Below are positions 1 through 14,256 of a stretch of 64,000 nt of DNA, in pieces. Source of the stretch: Octopus vulgaris (taxonomy: Eukaryota); NCBI GenBank assembly GCA_951406725.2, contig OX597817.1, positions 2,604,001 through 2,668,000 of the forward strand, read 5' to 3'. Under the pieces are notes generated by a model. That model was not told where the DNA came from, searched no databases, and was given only the letters and a program-made list of their open reading frames with translations. Each line of letters starts with the position of its first letter. Within the stretch, counting starts at the first letter, position 1. The translations under genes were made by a program, and so were the position numbers.

Positions 1-478
1 CCTATTTCAATAACGATTTCTTTTATCATATTTACATAACAGCAATTTCATTCATGTGTAGTTCACTCATTTGAAAAGAGAACCAGTATCTCTCCAGTAT
101 TTATTTTATCGAGCCACATGGGAATGAAGGGCAAGTTAACCTCGATGGAATTTGCGTTTAAATTCAGAATATGAAAATGTAAACTAGTCCTGTATGATTT
201 TTGCAATATCAAATCTATTCAACAGTAACAACAGCTATAACAAAACCTATAGCAACAAACTAGAACAACAAGCATTCTGGCAAGGCTCCTATTTCCATAA
301 AGTACCAGACGGAAGCATTAAATTGCCAACGAGAGGAAGTAACCAAACTGTTTATAAAGGAATTGTTGGAATATTTTTCAGTAAATAGCGAATGTAAAGA
401 CACGCAAAAAAGCTTTGGAATCCCACCAGCTGGTACACAGCACTTCTCCACTACGCTGTAAAGTTTGGAAGCACACAC

Positions 479-587
<109 letters not shown>

Positions 588-591
588 ATGC

Positions 592-2459
592 ACTTGTAAT
601 TATCGCATTCAATTTGGCATAAGATCGATATGGAACACCGGACAGACCGGTAACCGCAGCAATTGTAAGGAAACTTAGCAGAAGAGAAAGAGAGATGCAC
701 CGGCTGAGGAGATAGATCAAGACCTTCAATAAACAGTATAAGAGGGCCTTCACTGATTAAAGAAAAGGCATTAGGGTCTCGAAAAGTCAGCCCCTTAAAT
801 GCATGAGAAAGCCTAGAAGGGTAGAAAGCACCCAGGAGCGGAGTAAAGTGAGGGAGATCAAGCGAGTGCAATTTGTCAAGAACCCTTTTAGGTTCACACG
901 AACGCTGTTGAGGAACCAAATCAGGGAATTTGAAAAGCTTCAAAGAAGAAGTAAAATCATTTCTGAGGGAGACTCACAATGATGACCTCAGAAACGAAGC
1001 CCAAATGTCGGTAGAGTTGAAATACCAGTAAATAAATTCCACTTCAGCTGTCCTCCATCCTGGAAAGAAGTAGAACATGCCAGATCAAGATCAGATTCTG
1101 GCCCAAGTAGTATACCTTATAAAGTATACAAGAAATGCCCGTGGATGCTCTTTTGAAAGATCTGGATAAATGGTAACATCCTATCATGCTGGAAGAAGGC
1201 GGAAGGATGTTTTGTGCCAAAGGAAGAAAACTCCACAGCCGTTAATCAGTTCAGGACCATCTCCCTCTTGAGAGTTGAGGGGAAAATCTTCCTTTCTATA
1301 CTGGCCAAAAGGGTGACATCATACACGACTGAAGAAAGGGTATATAAACACATCTATCCAGAAAGGTTGGGTTCCTGGTTTCTCAGGATGTCTGGAACAC
1401 ACTGGAATTCTCAGTCAGTTGATTCAGGAGGCGAAGAGAAGTAAAGGTGACTTGACAGTGGTTTGGCTGTATCTGGAAAATGCAAACGGATCAATTCCTC
1501 ATTCCCTCATATATGCAGCCCTTCACTGCTATCATATTTCTCTTCATATCAAGGGAATAATCAGCAGTTATTTTGGAGCATCCAGTTACGTTTCAGAACA
1601 ACACATTTCATTTTACAACTCGGTGTCAAAACCTTGAGGAAGGAATTATAACTGGGTGCACGATTTCCCCCATTCTTTTTATCATGGGTGTGAATCTCCC
1701 CATGGCAACTGCTGATAGAGAAACCCAAGGACTAGTACTGGAATCAGGCATCTCTCAGCACCCAATGAGGAACTTTATGGATAATATTACGATAACAACT
1801 GCAAACCATGTGGATGCAGAAAGAGTGCTGACGTCACTAGAACACATGACGACATGAGCGAGTATGAGGTTTAAGCCCCCAAAATCGAGGAGGATGGTGA
1901 TAGGGTGGGGCGAAGTAACCAACAAAATCAGGCTGAAAGTGCAAGGAGAGGCCATTCCATCAATAGAGGAAAATCTTATTAAATGCTTTGGAAAGATGTT
2001 TGACAAGTCGCTGTGAGACCGATGTGACGTCACCAACATTGTGAAACAAGCAGAGGAGTGGCTGATGAGGATTGATATATCAGGGCTTCTAGGAAAGTTC
2101 AGGGCATGACTCTACCAATACGGACTGCTCCCAAGACACATATAGTTGTTGACGCTGTATGATGTTCTGATGACAAGTGTGGAAAAGGTGGAGAGGAAGA
2201 TAAATAAATACCTCCGAAGATGGTTAGGTGTTACCCCCAACCTTCATTTCAAAAGGCCAGTACATAAGATCGAAGCATCTACAACTTCCCCTGTCATCCG
2301 TAGTGCAGGAATTTAAAGTAGCAAAAGGAAATGTAATGATGTACACAGACTTTAAGAACGAGCTTGTTAGACATACTGATATTACTACAAGATCCGGGCG
2401 AAAGTGGATAGCTAGCGCCCCAGTTGCTCAGGTTGAAGGGATGTTGGAGCTGCGCGACA
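592..2459 (+). mobile_element. Decayed HERO-clade (R2 group) non-LTR retrotransposon, reverse transcriptase region
   Basis: Frameshifted pieces read FVKNPFRFTRTLL, PKEENSTAVNQFRTISLLRVEGKIF, KGDLTVVWLYLENANGSIPH, GIITGCTISPILF, NFMDNITITT (FMDD), SGLLGKF and LQLPLSSVVQEFKV..RSGRKW. This is the motif order of HERO RT proteins. Confidence 0.85.
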
Positions 2460-2569
2460 TGCATGCATACATGCATACATACATACATACAGACATACAA
2501 ACATCCATACATACATACATACATACAAACATCCATACATACATACATACATACATACATACATACATG

Positions 2570-2601
<32 letters not shown>

Positions 2602-2907
2602 CATGCATACATACATACATACAAACATACATATATACATACATACATACATGCATACATACATACATACACACATACATACACACACACATACATACAT
2701 ACATACATACACACATACATACATACATACATACATACATACATACATACACACATACATACATACATACACACATACATACACACATACATACATACAT
2801 ACATACATACATACATACATACATACATACATACATGCATACATACATACATGCATACATACATACATACATACATACATACATACATACATACATACAT
2901 ACATACA
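2460..2907. repeat. (TACA)n microsatellite interrupting the HERO element
   Basis: About 450 bp of slightly degenerate TACA repeats. Confidence 0.95.
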
Positions 2908-3100
2908 TTTGGGATATGTACCACACTGCCTAAATACCAATCTTGAGAAATTATGCTTCTCAAAATAAGAAAGGAGGAAGTCAATTCAAAGACTACAGAT
3001 CCAATTCATCGCTGGAACTGTAAAAGTCTGTAAAACTTACCAGAAGTTTATCATTAAAATATATACGAGCATGTCTATATATGTAACTATCTGCATGAGG
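2908..3100 (+). mobile_element. 3' fragment of an R4/Dong-like RLE non-LTR element, same family as 17791-18395
   Basis: Reads LGYVPHCLNTNLEKLCFSK..LQIQFIAGTVKVCKTYQKFII. DNA is clearly homologous to about 18020-18200. Confidence 0.75.
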
Positions 3101-3295
3101 AGTTACATGCAGGGTCGCCAGAGTCTTGGTTCTTCTTATTTCGAACAAGGGAAGAAAGCAGACACTAGGGAGAGACGGGCTATGACCCAGGAAGCGGGTC
3201 GTACCAGGGGGGAAAAAGAAGAAAGTCAAGAGCTGAGGAGTTAGTATCTCAGGGTGCATGGACTAAATGGGATCTCCCTAAGAGGAAGTTACAAG
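3101..3295 (+). mobile_element. Continuation of the HERO element after the insertion
   Basis: GRQSLG..KKADTRERRAM and VSQGAWTKWDLPKRK match the post-RT GRAGLG and QQGAWTRW motifs of HERO. Confidence 0.7.
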
Positions 3296-3327
<32 letters not shown>

Positions 3328-3971
3328 CATACATACATACATACATACATACATACGTACGTACATACATACATACATACATACATACATACATACATAC
3401 ATACATACATACATACATACATACATACATAATACGTATGTGTATATGTAAATATATTCAGTGTTGATCACAATTTGTTATGCTACGTAAAATAAAGCGT
3501 TCAATGTTAAAAGTCAAATAATATATAAATAAAAATTATTTATATATTAATTGTACTACATCACTCCATAATGCGTGTGGCTTGCTAATTACATAAAGTT
3601 ACTTTAGATTCCAACTTCAATTAAAAAACAACAAAGAGAAACGTTCCAAACAGTAAAGCGATTGTGCTGTTTAGCTGGCGCGAGAGTACGAGTACTCTGC
3701 TTTCCAACTGATTCTTATAAACAGTATATCAATCGTTGACTCTTGTTGAACTGTAACTGAATATTGAATTACGTACTTCCGCTTCATAAGCCACACACAT
3801 TCAGTAGAGTGGTCACATATTCAACTGATATTTATGCAATGAAAATTGGTGCGAAAACTCTAATGAAATCTTCATAACACATCATCTATGTATGTATTTG
3901 CATACATAAAGAAATACGCACACACATAATATATATACATACATACATACATGCATACATATATGTGTGTA

Positions 3972-4051
<80 letters not shown>

Positions 4052-4052
<1 letters not shown>

Positions 4053-5026
4053 ACTCAGAGATCAGCGTAAGATATCTGTCCCAAATGAGCGCGATCCGAA
4101 CAGTCATCAGGCGCTCGCTGACAGCAGTTGGGACGAATCTGTGTTGATCTACGAGTTTCGTTTTGATGGTAAAGCCAACTCCATGGATGCGTGGTTCGTT
4201 AGGATCCTTCTCCCTCTAAAAAATGGTGCATTTGGAGCCAGCTTCTCTGATACTGCCTTCTCTGGGAAGCCTAGTCTCGCTCAAGACTGCCACGTCAATA
4301 TTGAAGCGAGCAAGTTCCTTGCAGACGAGGGCTGTAGGTCGTCCCGGAAGATTTATTTCACTCATGTGCTGAAGAGTGCGGATGTTCCAGGTCTCGAGAG
4401 CGAGAGGTTGTGAAACAAAGGATGTACAAGTTGATGATAGATGAGTAGAAGTAGAGTTCCAACCGCTGGGTGAGAGGTCCGCCAGATGTGGGTTACTGGC
4501 CAGATCAAGTTGCCGTGTCTGATGCTAACTCCACCTCTTCTAGAGGCTCTCCCTTAAGGGGTGGGCTGCGATAATTCTAAAGAGACCAGCCCAGTCACGA
4601 GTCCAGCTGCCGAACTCCAATGTCACGGTTATTCATTGGAGAGCGATCTTCTAAGATTCGCCGCCAATGTCTCTCCGGCGTCCGTGATATGATCGGCATT
4701 AGGCATTTTTTTTTAGTAGAAAAACGAAGCCAGTCGCTTAGTAAATTGTTTCGTGTGATAGTGGCTCGCGACGACCACGTGCACGCACTTAGCCAGGAAC
4801 TCAAGAATTGAGACGTGTAGTCTTGTTGAGGCTGGTTTCAACGAGCTTCCGGAGTCTATCCGCCTTTGCCTGCCAAGCGTTGCCCTCTTCCGCCGGATTC
4901 ACTCCTTGGGGACTTGAGATTGCCCTCCTCTGCTTGCTTCGCCGTTGGGGTCCAGTTGCTTGTGTTGGTCGTGTTTAGTCTACGACCTCATCCTCGATCT
5001 CCACTAGGACAAAGGACGATCATCGG
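4052..5026 (-). mobile_element. 5' portion of an RTE/BovB-like LINE (GC-rich leader plus APE endonuclease N-terminus)
   Basis: Minus strand 4410-4055 reads TWNIRTL..RPTALVCKELARFNIDVAVLSETRLPREGSIRE..IHGVGFTIK..PTAVSERLMTVRI..YLTLIS. The 5' boundary is approximate. Confidence 0.85.
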
Positions 5027-5157
5027 ATATATATATATATATATATACATATCGGTGAAAGCCCCATTTCGAGAGCCTACTTAATAACCACTCACGCACT
5101 CCAGACGATCTCCCCTAAAACACCCCACAGCTCTCCATCCGCCATTGAATATCTCTC

Positions 5158-5375
5158 TTACCCTTGCCCCATGAGTACAACAAGTATTTTTTTATTAAGT
5201 AGAGGGAAATTGACCTTTAATATAAAAAGGATTTCACTTATATACAACATACATTTCATATTCTTTACATCATACTCAAGTTCTGAGGCTAAGATTTTCC
5301 AATGGAGATCATAGCTAAGGCCCTTATCTTTGAGGTCCCATATATAATTACTCAAACCAGTGGAATTCCTCCAAC
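5158..5375 (-). mobile_element. Penelope-like element GIY-YIG endonuclease C-terminal remnant
   Basis: NSTGLSNYIWDLKDKGLSYDLHWKIL..KCMLYISEILFIL..LLNK resembles the PLE pattern STELSKYIWxLK..CNLCLTEKLFIL..LLNKR. Confidence 0.75.
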
Positions 5376-5545
5376 TATTCGTTCATTTTTATTTATATTT
5401 TTATTTACTTATTTATTTGCTAATTTCATTCGATTATTTGGATCACATACACATATGATTGTAATCAATTAATAAAAAGATATAAATGAATGTTTACAGG
5501 CTGATGTTTGTTGATTGTTTATCCTCTTCCTTTTCTTATTTGCAT

Positions 5546-5592
<47 letters not shown>

Positions 5593-6252
5593 TGAAAGGG
5601 AGAGAGAGAGAGAGAGGGAGAGAGAGAAAGAGAGATAGACGTGCATATAAATATATTGATAGAGGAGAGGGAGAGGGAGAGGAAGGAGAGAGAAATGGTG
5701 ATTTGAGAATTTGAGATGTGATTTGATGATGATCTAATAGATACTCATATTTAACTTGAGGAACACGAAGCGGTTCCTTTATACATTCGATACGTCGAGG
5801 AGGGGCAGTGAATGGCGGCACCCTCGATGTGCTGCATATTTATCTTTGAAAACGTAAAGGGATTTCAGAATGTGCCTGGAATCTGTAATAGAAAACAAAT
5901 GGTTTATCACATCTGCTGATTCGGAGTTTTTTGTTCCATCAAAATGGCTACTATTTCGTATGAATATGCTTGCTCAAATTCGCGTACAGGCGCTCACATA
6001 TGCGTATGTATGTGTATATGTATTCACATACACAAACACAAACATGTTGATATGCTTACACACACATATATATATACACACACATACCCATATATATGTA
6101 TACATATACGTACACACGCACACACATGCGCGCGCGCGCACATATATACATGCGTATGCGTGTGAGAGAGAGAGGGTGACTGTGGCTTCAAGTTTCTCCT
6201 GTCTCGATGCTCTTCTGAATACATATTCTCGCGCGTATTTTAGTTTCACATG

Positions 6253-6306
<54 letters not shown>

Positions 6307-6448
6307 GCAAACTAAATAATACGAACAAATAGACAGGGACACTTCTTTTGTTTGTCTGACTCTCTCTCTCTCTCACTCTCTCTCTCTCACATAGATATAC
6401 ATAATTATGCATGTTTGTATGTTTGTATGTTTGTATGTATGTATGTAT

Positions 6449-6479
<31 letters not shown>

Positions 6480-8794
6480 AACAAATATATATATATGTGT
6501 TTATACGTAACTATGTATATGGATATGTATGTGTGTATGTCCGTCTGTACTGGTTTGTATGTACATATATACATACATACCTTTTCCTCTATCAAAGTAC
6601 CCAGACATTCATTATGACAAATATAAGCTCAGACATGCACCACTCCTTTCCCTATACATCCACACGTCCGCATGCGTACAAATATACATATACACTCATT
6701 CACACAAACTCAGCCATATGGAGATGTGATGCTGTTCACTCTAAGTCCAAAAGACCAGCACATACAGATTAGCGTCTGTCGTCTGCCTGAGGATGTCTGC
6801 CATCTGATAAAAGTTTGTTTACTAATGTACTTAGCTGACACACTATTTGGCTAGCGGTGGTGGTTAAATGTTGTCTTGGTAACCGACAAATATTTGATAT
6901 TATTCAACTCTGGTATACGTGAAAAGGGTAAGTTGGTGTGAATATATTTGATACATGTTCTACTAAAGGGCTAGTCAGACATTAAATAAATATGGAATGA
7001 AGAGAAAGTCACCAATATTAGCCAATCACTTATATGATTTCCAGTTTACAAGCAAATAACAGCGATAACATGCTTTAATATTATTCTGACTTCCTTAGTG
7101 AAGCGTAGCTCTGCCGTACTTGTAGAAGTAAAAAAACATGTATTGCTAAGTGTTCACTATTCCATATTTACGAGTAGGAATTTAATGCAAAGGGGCTAGC
7201 CTATGAAAATTAGAAGGTTATCCGGTGGACTCTATGGAAGAAATATTTATGGTTGCATGGAAGGGAAGGTGACCGCATGAACGCTTTGTGGAGTGGAGAG
7301 AGCAAGGTGAGGTCAGTAAGATATCTTGATCATCCACTTCCTCCATCTCCATCTTAGGTCGTCTTGACCTGGAGTGAAAATGGTCACAAACGAAAGAATG
7401 TGGTTGTCGCTATGTATCTCTTCTTCACTTTAAACAGGATAACCGCGCAAGTCATCAGTCACCCTTAAGGGTAACAACGTGGTCCTCGTCGCTCCGACGG
7501 ACGAACGTTGTCTAACAATGACCACTAATCATCTGAATATATGAATTATGCAGTTGGAAAGACTAATATTATTTGATGTCAACTTTTGCTTCTCATTCTC
7601 TGGCAAGTATAAGTGATGACTATTGACAGGTTCAAGTTTTATTCTGACCTCTTCAGCAAAGCATATTCTTCACTTTGGAAATCAATGAATTGCTGTGTAA
7701 TTGCAGATTGCACACTTTTTGGTGTATACAAAAAGTAACATTATCAAATGGTTATCGACGTATGCTTCACACATTTAAGTGGTCAACGAGAGAATCGCAG
7801 TTTGTTCCAGAGATCGAATCGAACAGGTATAGTTGTGGGATAAATTTTGTAACCACGCAGCCATACCACTGGAAAAAGACTTGCAAATATTTATCTTTTA
7901 AGCGCTTACAATTATAAGTAAGTAACACAATCACTATGGAATATGGGGAAATTTTTTAAATAATTAAAATAATAGTGAAATTCAACCCAATTTTATGATC
8001 CAAAAACTATTTCCACTTCAAAAGTACGTACGAACACACTTAGGCACATACACATGTACAACTATTCAAGCGTGTACACATAATACACGCGCATTCACAT
8101 AAAAGACGGAATCTGTTTCGTCAATGAGTAAGCCTCTACGTCGTCAGTCAACAAGCCTGAAATAGCAGCCATATTTTCTACAGATACCATTTGAGAGAAG
8201 AGGTTACATTAGTTAATTCTTTTTTTTTTTTTTTTTTTTTTGCTGATCTTAAAATGACGTCCTCATCTCAGCTTGAACGTTTTTCATCATAACCCGGCTC
8301 GAAGATGGTTGAGCTGGGAGAAAATAATATCAGCAACAACGACGATGACAGTAGCAACATATATATTAATTCTGTTAGGGAGATGATCTCTTCGGTATCA
8401 TTGTAGTGTTGTCTTTTCGTGGTATACACCATAATTAAAAGCATTCTAGACAGAACTAACCTTCACCATCCAACGCGTCCATTTTTATTATTATACGGTG
8501 TTATTTGGAGGAAATTTTCTATTTTAGCGAGACAAAACGAAGTTGGAATAACTTTCTTTTGTAGTTGTTTTGTCTCAAGTTATCAAAAGTCCGAACTTCA
8601 TAATTCCATGCCTTTTGTAGACATAGGTTAAAAAGACCATAAAATTCAACAAGCACTTTTAAATGATGATAGAGGGTGATTTGAGGAGTCTGTTAGTCGA
8701 ACGGTGTCTTTTAAGCTGTGCATACATGCATAAGAGCATGTATGTATGTATATACACATAGAAACACATACACACATACACACACACACACACG

Positions 8795-8828
<34 letters not shown>

Positions 8829-9055
8829 TAGAGTATTAGGTACGATGTACAGAAATTGAATATTAAGAAAAAAAGTCGACAGTGTTTTGAAAAAAAAACT
8901 TTTATTTCTTCGTTATTATTAGCGCTTTCGTTCTTTTCTCGAACTTGGCAAATGAAATTTTTTGAATGAACAAACAGCTTTTTCATTTATACAAAACATT
9001 ATTTTGGTGGAGTTTGTTTTGGAAGAAAACATTGTTTTTTTATTTTGTTTTTGTT

Positions 9056-9113
<58 letters not shown>

Positions 9114-9183
9114 CACACACACACACACACACATACACACAAACATATAAACACAGATTCATAAATATGTATATATATACATA

Positions 9184-9222
<39 letters not shown>

Positions 9223-9244
9223 CATCGTCGTATATATATATATA

Positions 9245-9586
9245 TACGATGGGCTTCTTTCAGTTTCCGTCTACCAAATCCACTCACAAGGCTTTGGTCG
9301 GCCCGAGGCTATAGTAGAAGACACTCGCCCAAGGTGCCACGCAGTGGGACTGAACCCGGAACCATGTGGTCGGTAAGCAAGCTACTTACCACACAGATAT
9401 ATATATATATATATATATATATAACTATTTTACTCTTTTATTTGTTTCTATCGTTTTGATTCTGGCTATGCTGGGGCACACCCTTTTAGTCGAAGAAATC
9501 GATTCCTGGACTTATTCTTTTTAAGCCTGGTACTTATTCTATCACTCTTTTTTGCCGAACCGCTATGTTACGGGAACGTAGGCACG
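9245..9586 (-). mobile_element. Fragments of SINE family A (tRNA head plus CORE-like ACCTTGGGCAAGTG, internal microsatellite)
   Basis: 5' half at 9245-9395 and a 3' half at about 9428-9586. Homologous to 10505-10810, 24205-24598, 30458-30875 and 60681-61490. Confidence 0.8.
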
Positions 9587-9951
9587 CTATTACTATAACG
9601 TCTCTAGGCTCACAGGCCCCAAACTAACCAATACATCCAGTTCTTCTTTCGGCCTCTGCTCAAATCTTACCCATAAAGATTCAAAAGGAACTTTAATGAT
9701 TTAAATCATATTGGTCTCACGTGGAGAATACGAAGACCATAGGTATTGCTCTTCCCTGTAGAACTACTAAAAAAAGAATTATTTAATTTACCGCCAACCA
9801 GGGAGATTAAAAATCTAAAGTTAACCGTCTGGCGAAATAAGAGCTCAGAATGTCTAGCTACGAAATTTAATTCCGAAACGTATTTATTTAAGAGTCATAC
9901 AACGTCGATAATTCTAATGTTCTAAATTCTAATTAATATTAAATTCCTGTA

Positions 9952-10156
9952 TCAGGTGACGAGCTGGCAGAATCGTTAACCCGCCGGGCGAAATACTTAG
10001 CGGAATTTCATCCGTCTGAGTTCAAATTTCGCCGAGGTTGACATTGCCTTTCATCCATTGGTGGTCCATAAAATAATTACCAGTCGAGTAGTGGGCTGAT
10101 GTAATCGACTAACCCTTGCCCCGAAATTTCTGGCCTTGTGCCAAAATTTGAAATCA
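9952..10156 (+). mobile_element. SINE family B (tRNA head plus Meta-like domain GCCTTTCATCC..GGTCGATAAA..TACCAG)
   Basis: Homologous to 36992-37390. Diverged TSD AATATTAAATTCCTGTATC / AATATTACATTCAAGTATC. Confidence 0.8.
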
Positions 10157-10504
10157 ATATTACATTCAAGTATCGATATAATGTACTTAGCTGGTACTCA
10201 TTTCAAAGACCCCGGAAGGACGAAAGACAAAGTTGAACTCAGCATTATTTGATCATTGAAGGAAAGAGACAGGCACATGCGCTTCCACGCTAAGGCATTT
10301 TATTTTAACATTGAGTAAACTTGGAATTTTTCATCAGCAAGGGATTGTACAAAAAGTAGTCAGTTACGAAACACTATTTAAATTTGATCCCACTCTCTAG
10401 CGTCATGGGTTATGGTTTTTCTTCGAGATTATACTCATATCAGATGTCCCGTCACCGTAATTTCACAGAACAGAATAATTAAGATAGATTAATTTAATTA
10501 ACAT

Positions 10505-10810
10505 AGGCACAGGAATGGCTGTGTAGTAAGAGGCTTGCTTCCCAACCACATGTTTTCGGGCTCGGTCCCACTGCGTGGCACCTTGGGCACGTGTCTTCTA
10601 CTATAGCCTCGGGCCAACCAAAGACTTGTGGGTAGACGGAAGCTGAAAGAATCCCGTCGTATATATATAAATATATGTGTGTGTGTGCTTGTATTTGTCA
10701 AATTCGATAGAATGAGTACGGGGTTTACAAAGAATAAGTCCTGGGGTCGATTTGTTCAACTAAAGGCGGTGCTCCAGCGTGGCCGCAATCAGACGACTGA
10801 AGCAAATAAA
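10505..10810 (+). mobile_element. SINE family A
   Basis: GGCACAGGAATGGCTGTGTAGTAAG head; GGCACCTTGGGCACGTGTCTTCTACTATAGCC; 3' GGCGGTGCTCCAGC. Confidence 0.85.
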
Positions 10811-11489
10811 ATAATTAGGTTTGGCTGAGTGAATGTTTCTTTGAAGTAGAATCTGCAGTTGACACGCTTTGTGATTCACACCAAAGTAGTCTTGATCTGT
10901 GAATGCCAAAACGTAGTCAGACATTATGAGGTGAAGGAGTGCCAGAAAGTGACATTTTGATGCGATTATATTTAGAGCCGATTTGAAAGCAATTTCGTAT
11001 TATTTGAAATTTTAGTATAGTCGATTTCCATTTATAGTTAAAACTAGAACTATAAATATAAGACACAATAAAGCAAAGCCCAAACACAAGTAATTGAACA
11101 CTTCAAATATATTATAGGATCTAAAAATCAATAATAATTGACAATCTACATTATCCAAAGTTACGTTTGATGTTTTAGTTCTACGGACGTGAATATTAAC
11201 ATATGCAGCTATAAGGCTTTAGTTATTTATCCAATGACTATTACACACTAAACTCTTCAATTTATAAGTGGAATCAACATATCTTTAATTCAATTATGTT
11301 GAATATAGCAGACAGACATTTCTTGTTGGTTACGGAGAGGCATTTTTCTCCCGTTTGTTTTAAATGTTCTTGTTTTTGTGTTGATTTCATGGTTTAACCT
11401 CCCTGGCTCAGCATTTATTCAGCAGATCTATAATCAAAGTATTCTAGTTTTGACTGTGACATCCTTTTGTATATATCTACGATTATCTT

Positions 11490-11640
11490 GTGGCTGTGTG
11501 CTAAGAAACTTGCTTCTCGAGCACATGTACCGGGTTCCGTTCCACTGCTTGGCACCTTTGGCAGGTGTCTTCTACTAGGTTTAGGGCCGACCAAAAACTT
11601 GTGAGTGGATTTGGCGGCAGAAACTGAAAGAAACCTATTG
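11490..11640 (+). mobile_element. SINE family A, 5' half
   Basis: Homology to the other family A copies. A matching 3' half lies at about 12190-12490, split by (GAA)n at 12306-12387. Confidence 0.75.
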
Positions 11641-11676
11641 CATGTGTGAGTGTGTGTATATACATACATACATACA

Positions 11677-11725
<49 letters not shown>

Positions 11726-11890
11726 CGAAACACGCATGGAGTCGAACCGGGGACAGCTAATGAAGGGGAATGTTCCTTGTGTTGTTGTCCTGTGTTCTGT
11801 TTTTTCGTTGTTAAAAAAAGTCCGTTCCCTTGTTTTTATGTTTTCGTTTCTCGTTGAGTTCTACGTCTATTTGTGGTGTCCTGTACTCAC
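11726..11890 (+). repeat. Dispersed non-coding repeat (second copy at 57470-57643, minus strand)
   Basis: GAATGTTCCTTGTGTTGTTGTCCTGTGTTCTGTTTTTTCGTTGTT..GTCCTGTAC aligns with the reverse complement of 57510-57643. Confidence 0.75.
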
Positions 11891-12357
11891 ATATATATAT
11901 ATTTATATATATATATATTTATATGCATGTATATATACATGTAGATGTAGGTACGTAAATATATGTATGTATGCATATATTTTATTGATTGTATGATTTT
12001 ATTGATTACATTATTGTATGACTGAGCGCCCTCGCATCGTTTCGTTTCGTTTCTTTCCTTTCTCCCAGTATGCTTTTATATATATATATATATACATATA
12101 TATGTATAAATATAAATATATATATGCGTGAGCGTATGTGTGCGTGCGTGCTTCTGTGTGTGTGTGTATGTGTGTGTGCTTTCGTGTGTGTGCTTTCGTG
12201 TGTGTGCTTTCGTGTCTGTGTTAGTCCCCCACCACCGTTCGACAACGGGTGTTGGTATGTTTACGCCGCCGTAACTTAGACGTACCAGGCTTAACAAAAC
12301 AAGATGAAGAAGAAGAAGAAGAAGAAGAAGAAGAAGAAGAAGAAGAAGAAGAAGAAG

Positions 12358-12389
<32 letters not shown>

Positions 12390-13097
12390 TTGCTTCTGGG
12401 GACAATTCATTCGATTAAGAATTCTGCAAGGCGGTGCCCCAGCATGACCGCAGTCTAATGAGTGAAACAAGTAAAAGTTAAAAGATGAAAGATAGTCTTG
12501 GATATCCTTGCTAATTTCTTAAAACAACAATGCAGAGTATCTTCAGCAGCAGAAAATGCCAAACAGAGGAAAGAGAAGAAAATGATTTCTGAATGGCTCG
12601 AATGAATGGAAGGTAAATGTGGATTTAGAAAACTCTTGTGCTTTCAAGCAGTTTAGTCACTACAGAGTAAATTCTCGAACATATGTGATCTGATAGACAA
12701 AAAATCCTTATTATGGACTTGAAGATGTCTTGGGAAAGTAATGTGGAATGGAGCGACAAAAGTAACGGGATAAAAAAACAACAAGAAAAAGAACCAAAAC
12801 TAACACAAGGAATTTATGAAGTCGTGCGTGACATGAATATGGCAACGTTCGGTGCATCCAGAATAGACACCAGGTTGTGGTTTTACAGCTCTGAATATGT
12901 AACTAGATTTGCAATATATAACTACAGAATCACGATCATATCGTTCCGTAAGGCAAATTCCAAAAGATTGAAACATTCTTTTGTTTGTAACTGAATATAA
13001 AATCTATAATGAAATATATATTCTGGGGGGATTTTTTTTGTTTTTAGTTTTCCTATCTTTTGTTTAATAGTTGCGACCAGTTTTGGTACTTTACATT

Positions 13098-13117
13098 CAC
13101 ACACACACATACTCACG

Positions 13118-13169
<52 letters not shown>

Positions 13170-13314
13170 AAGAGTACACAAATATATTCAAAAATTGCAC
13201 GGAGGGACGACAAAGGAACACAAAAAATTGAACATGGTCTTCCCTCATCTGTTCCCGTCCAAAAATCATAACAATTATGCGCCTTATGTATAGAGAAATG
13301 TATACACACACACA

Positions 13315-13364
<50 letters not shown>

Positions 13365-13493
13365 AAGAGTACACAAATATATTCAAAAATTGCACGGAGG
13401 GACGACAAAGGAACAAAAAATTGAACATGGTCTTCCCTCATCTGTTCCCGTCCAAAAATCATAACAATTATGCTCCTTATGTATAGAGAAATG

Positions 13494-13561
<68 letters not shown>

Positions 13562-13704
13562 AAGAGTACACAAATATATTCAAAAATTGCACGGAGGGAC
13601 GACAAAGGAACAAAAAATTGAACATGGTCTTCCCTCATCTGTTCCCGTCCAAAAATCATAACAATTATGCTCCTTATGTATAGAGAAATGTATACACACA
13701 CACA

Positions 13705-13754
<50 letters not shown>

Positions 13755-13888
13755 AAGAGTACACAAATATATTCAAAAATTGCACGGAGGGACGACAAAG
13801 GAACACAAAAAATTGAACATGGTCTTCCCTCATCTGTTCCCGTCCAAAAATCATAACAATTATGCGCCTTATCTATCGAGAAATGTAT

Positions 13889-13947
<59 letters not shown>

Positions 13948-14077
13948 AAGAGTACACAAATATATTCAAAAATTGCACGGAGGGACGACAAAGGAACACA
14001 AAAAATTGAACATGGTCTTCCCTCATCTGTTCCGTCCAAAAATCATAACAATTATGCGCCTTATGTATAGAGAAATG

Positions 14078-14125
<48 letters not shown>

Positions 14126-14256
14126 AAGAGTACACAAATATATTCAAAAATTGCACGGAGGGACGACAAAGGAACACAAAAAATTGAACATGGTCTTCCC
14201 TCATCTGTTCCCGTCCAAAAATCATAACAATTATGCGCCTTATCTATCGAGAAATG

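Noticed and set aside
2228-2984. Long ORFs rich in HTYI/MYVC (also at 60774-61484, 46061-46587, 53114-53386 and many others)
   Set aside because: These are translations of stop-free microsatellites, not genes.
12530-12994. Possible host exon (93-aa ORF at 12713-12994)
   Set aside because: No recognisable domain or convincing splice context; possibly a decayed LINE.
13225-13260. Hammerhead in the satellite unit (minus-strand CAGATGA-GG-GAAGA-CC)
   Set aside because: The core reads CAGAUGA and no GAAA..UH follows.
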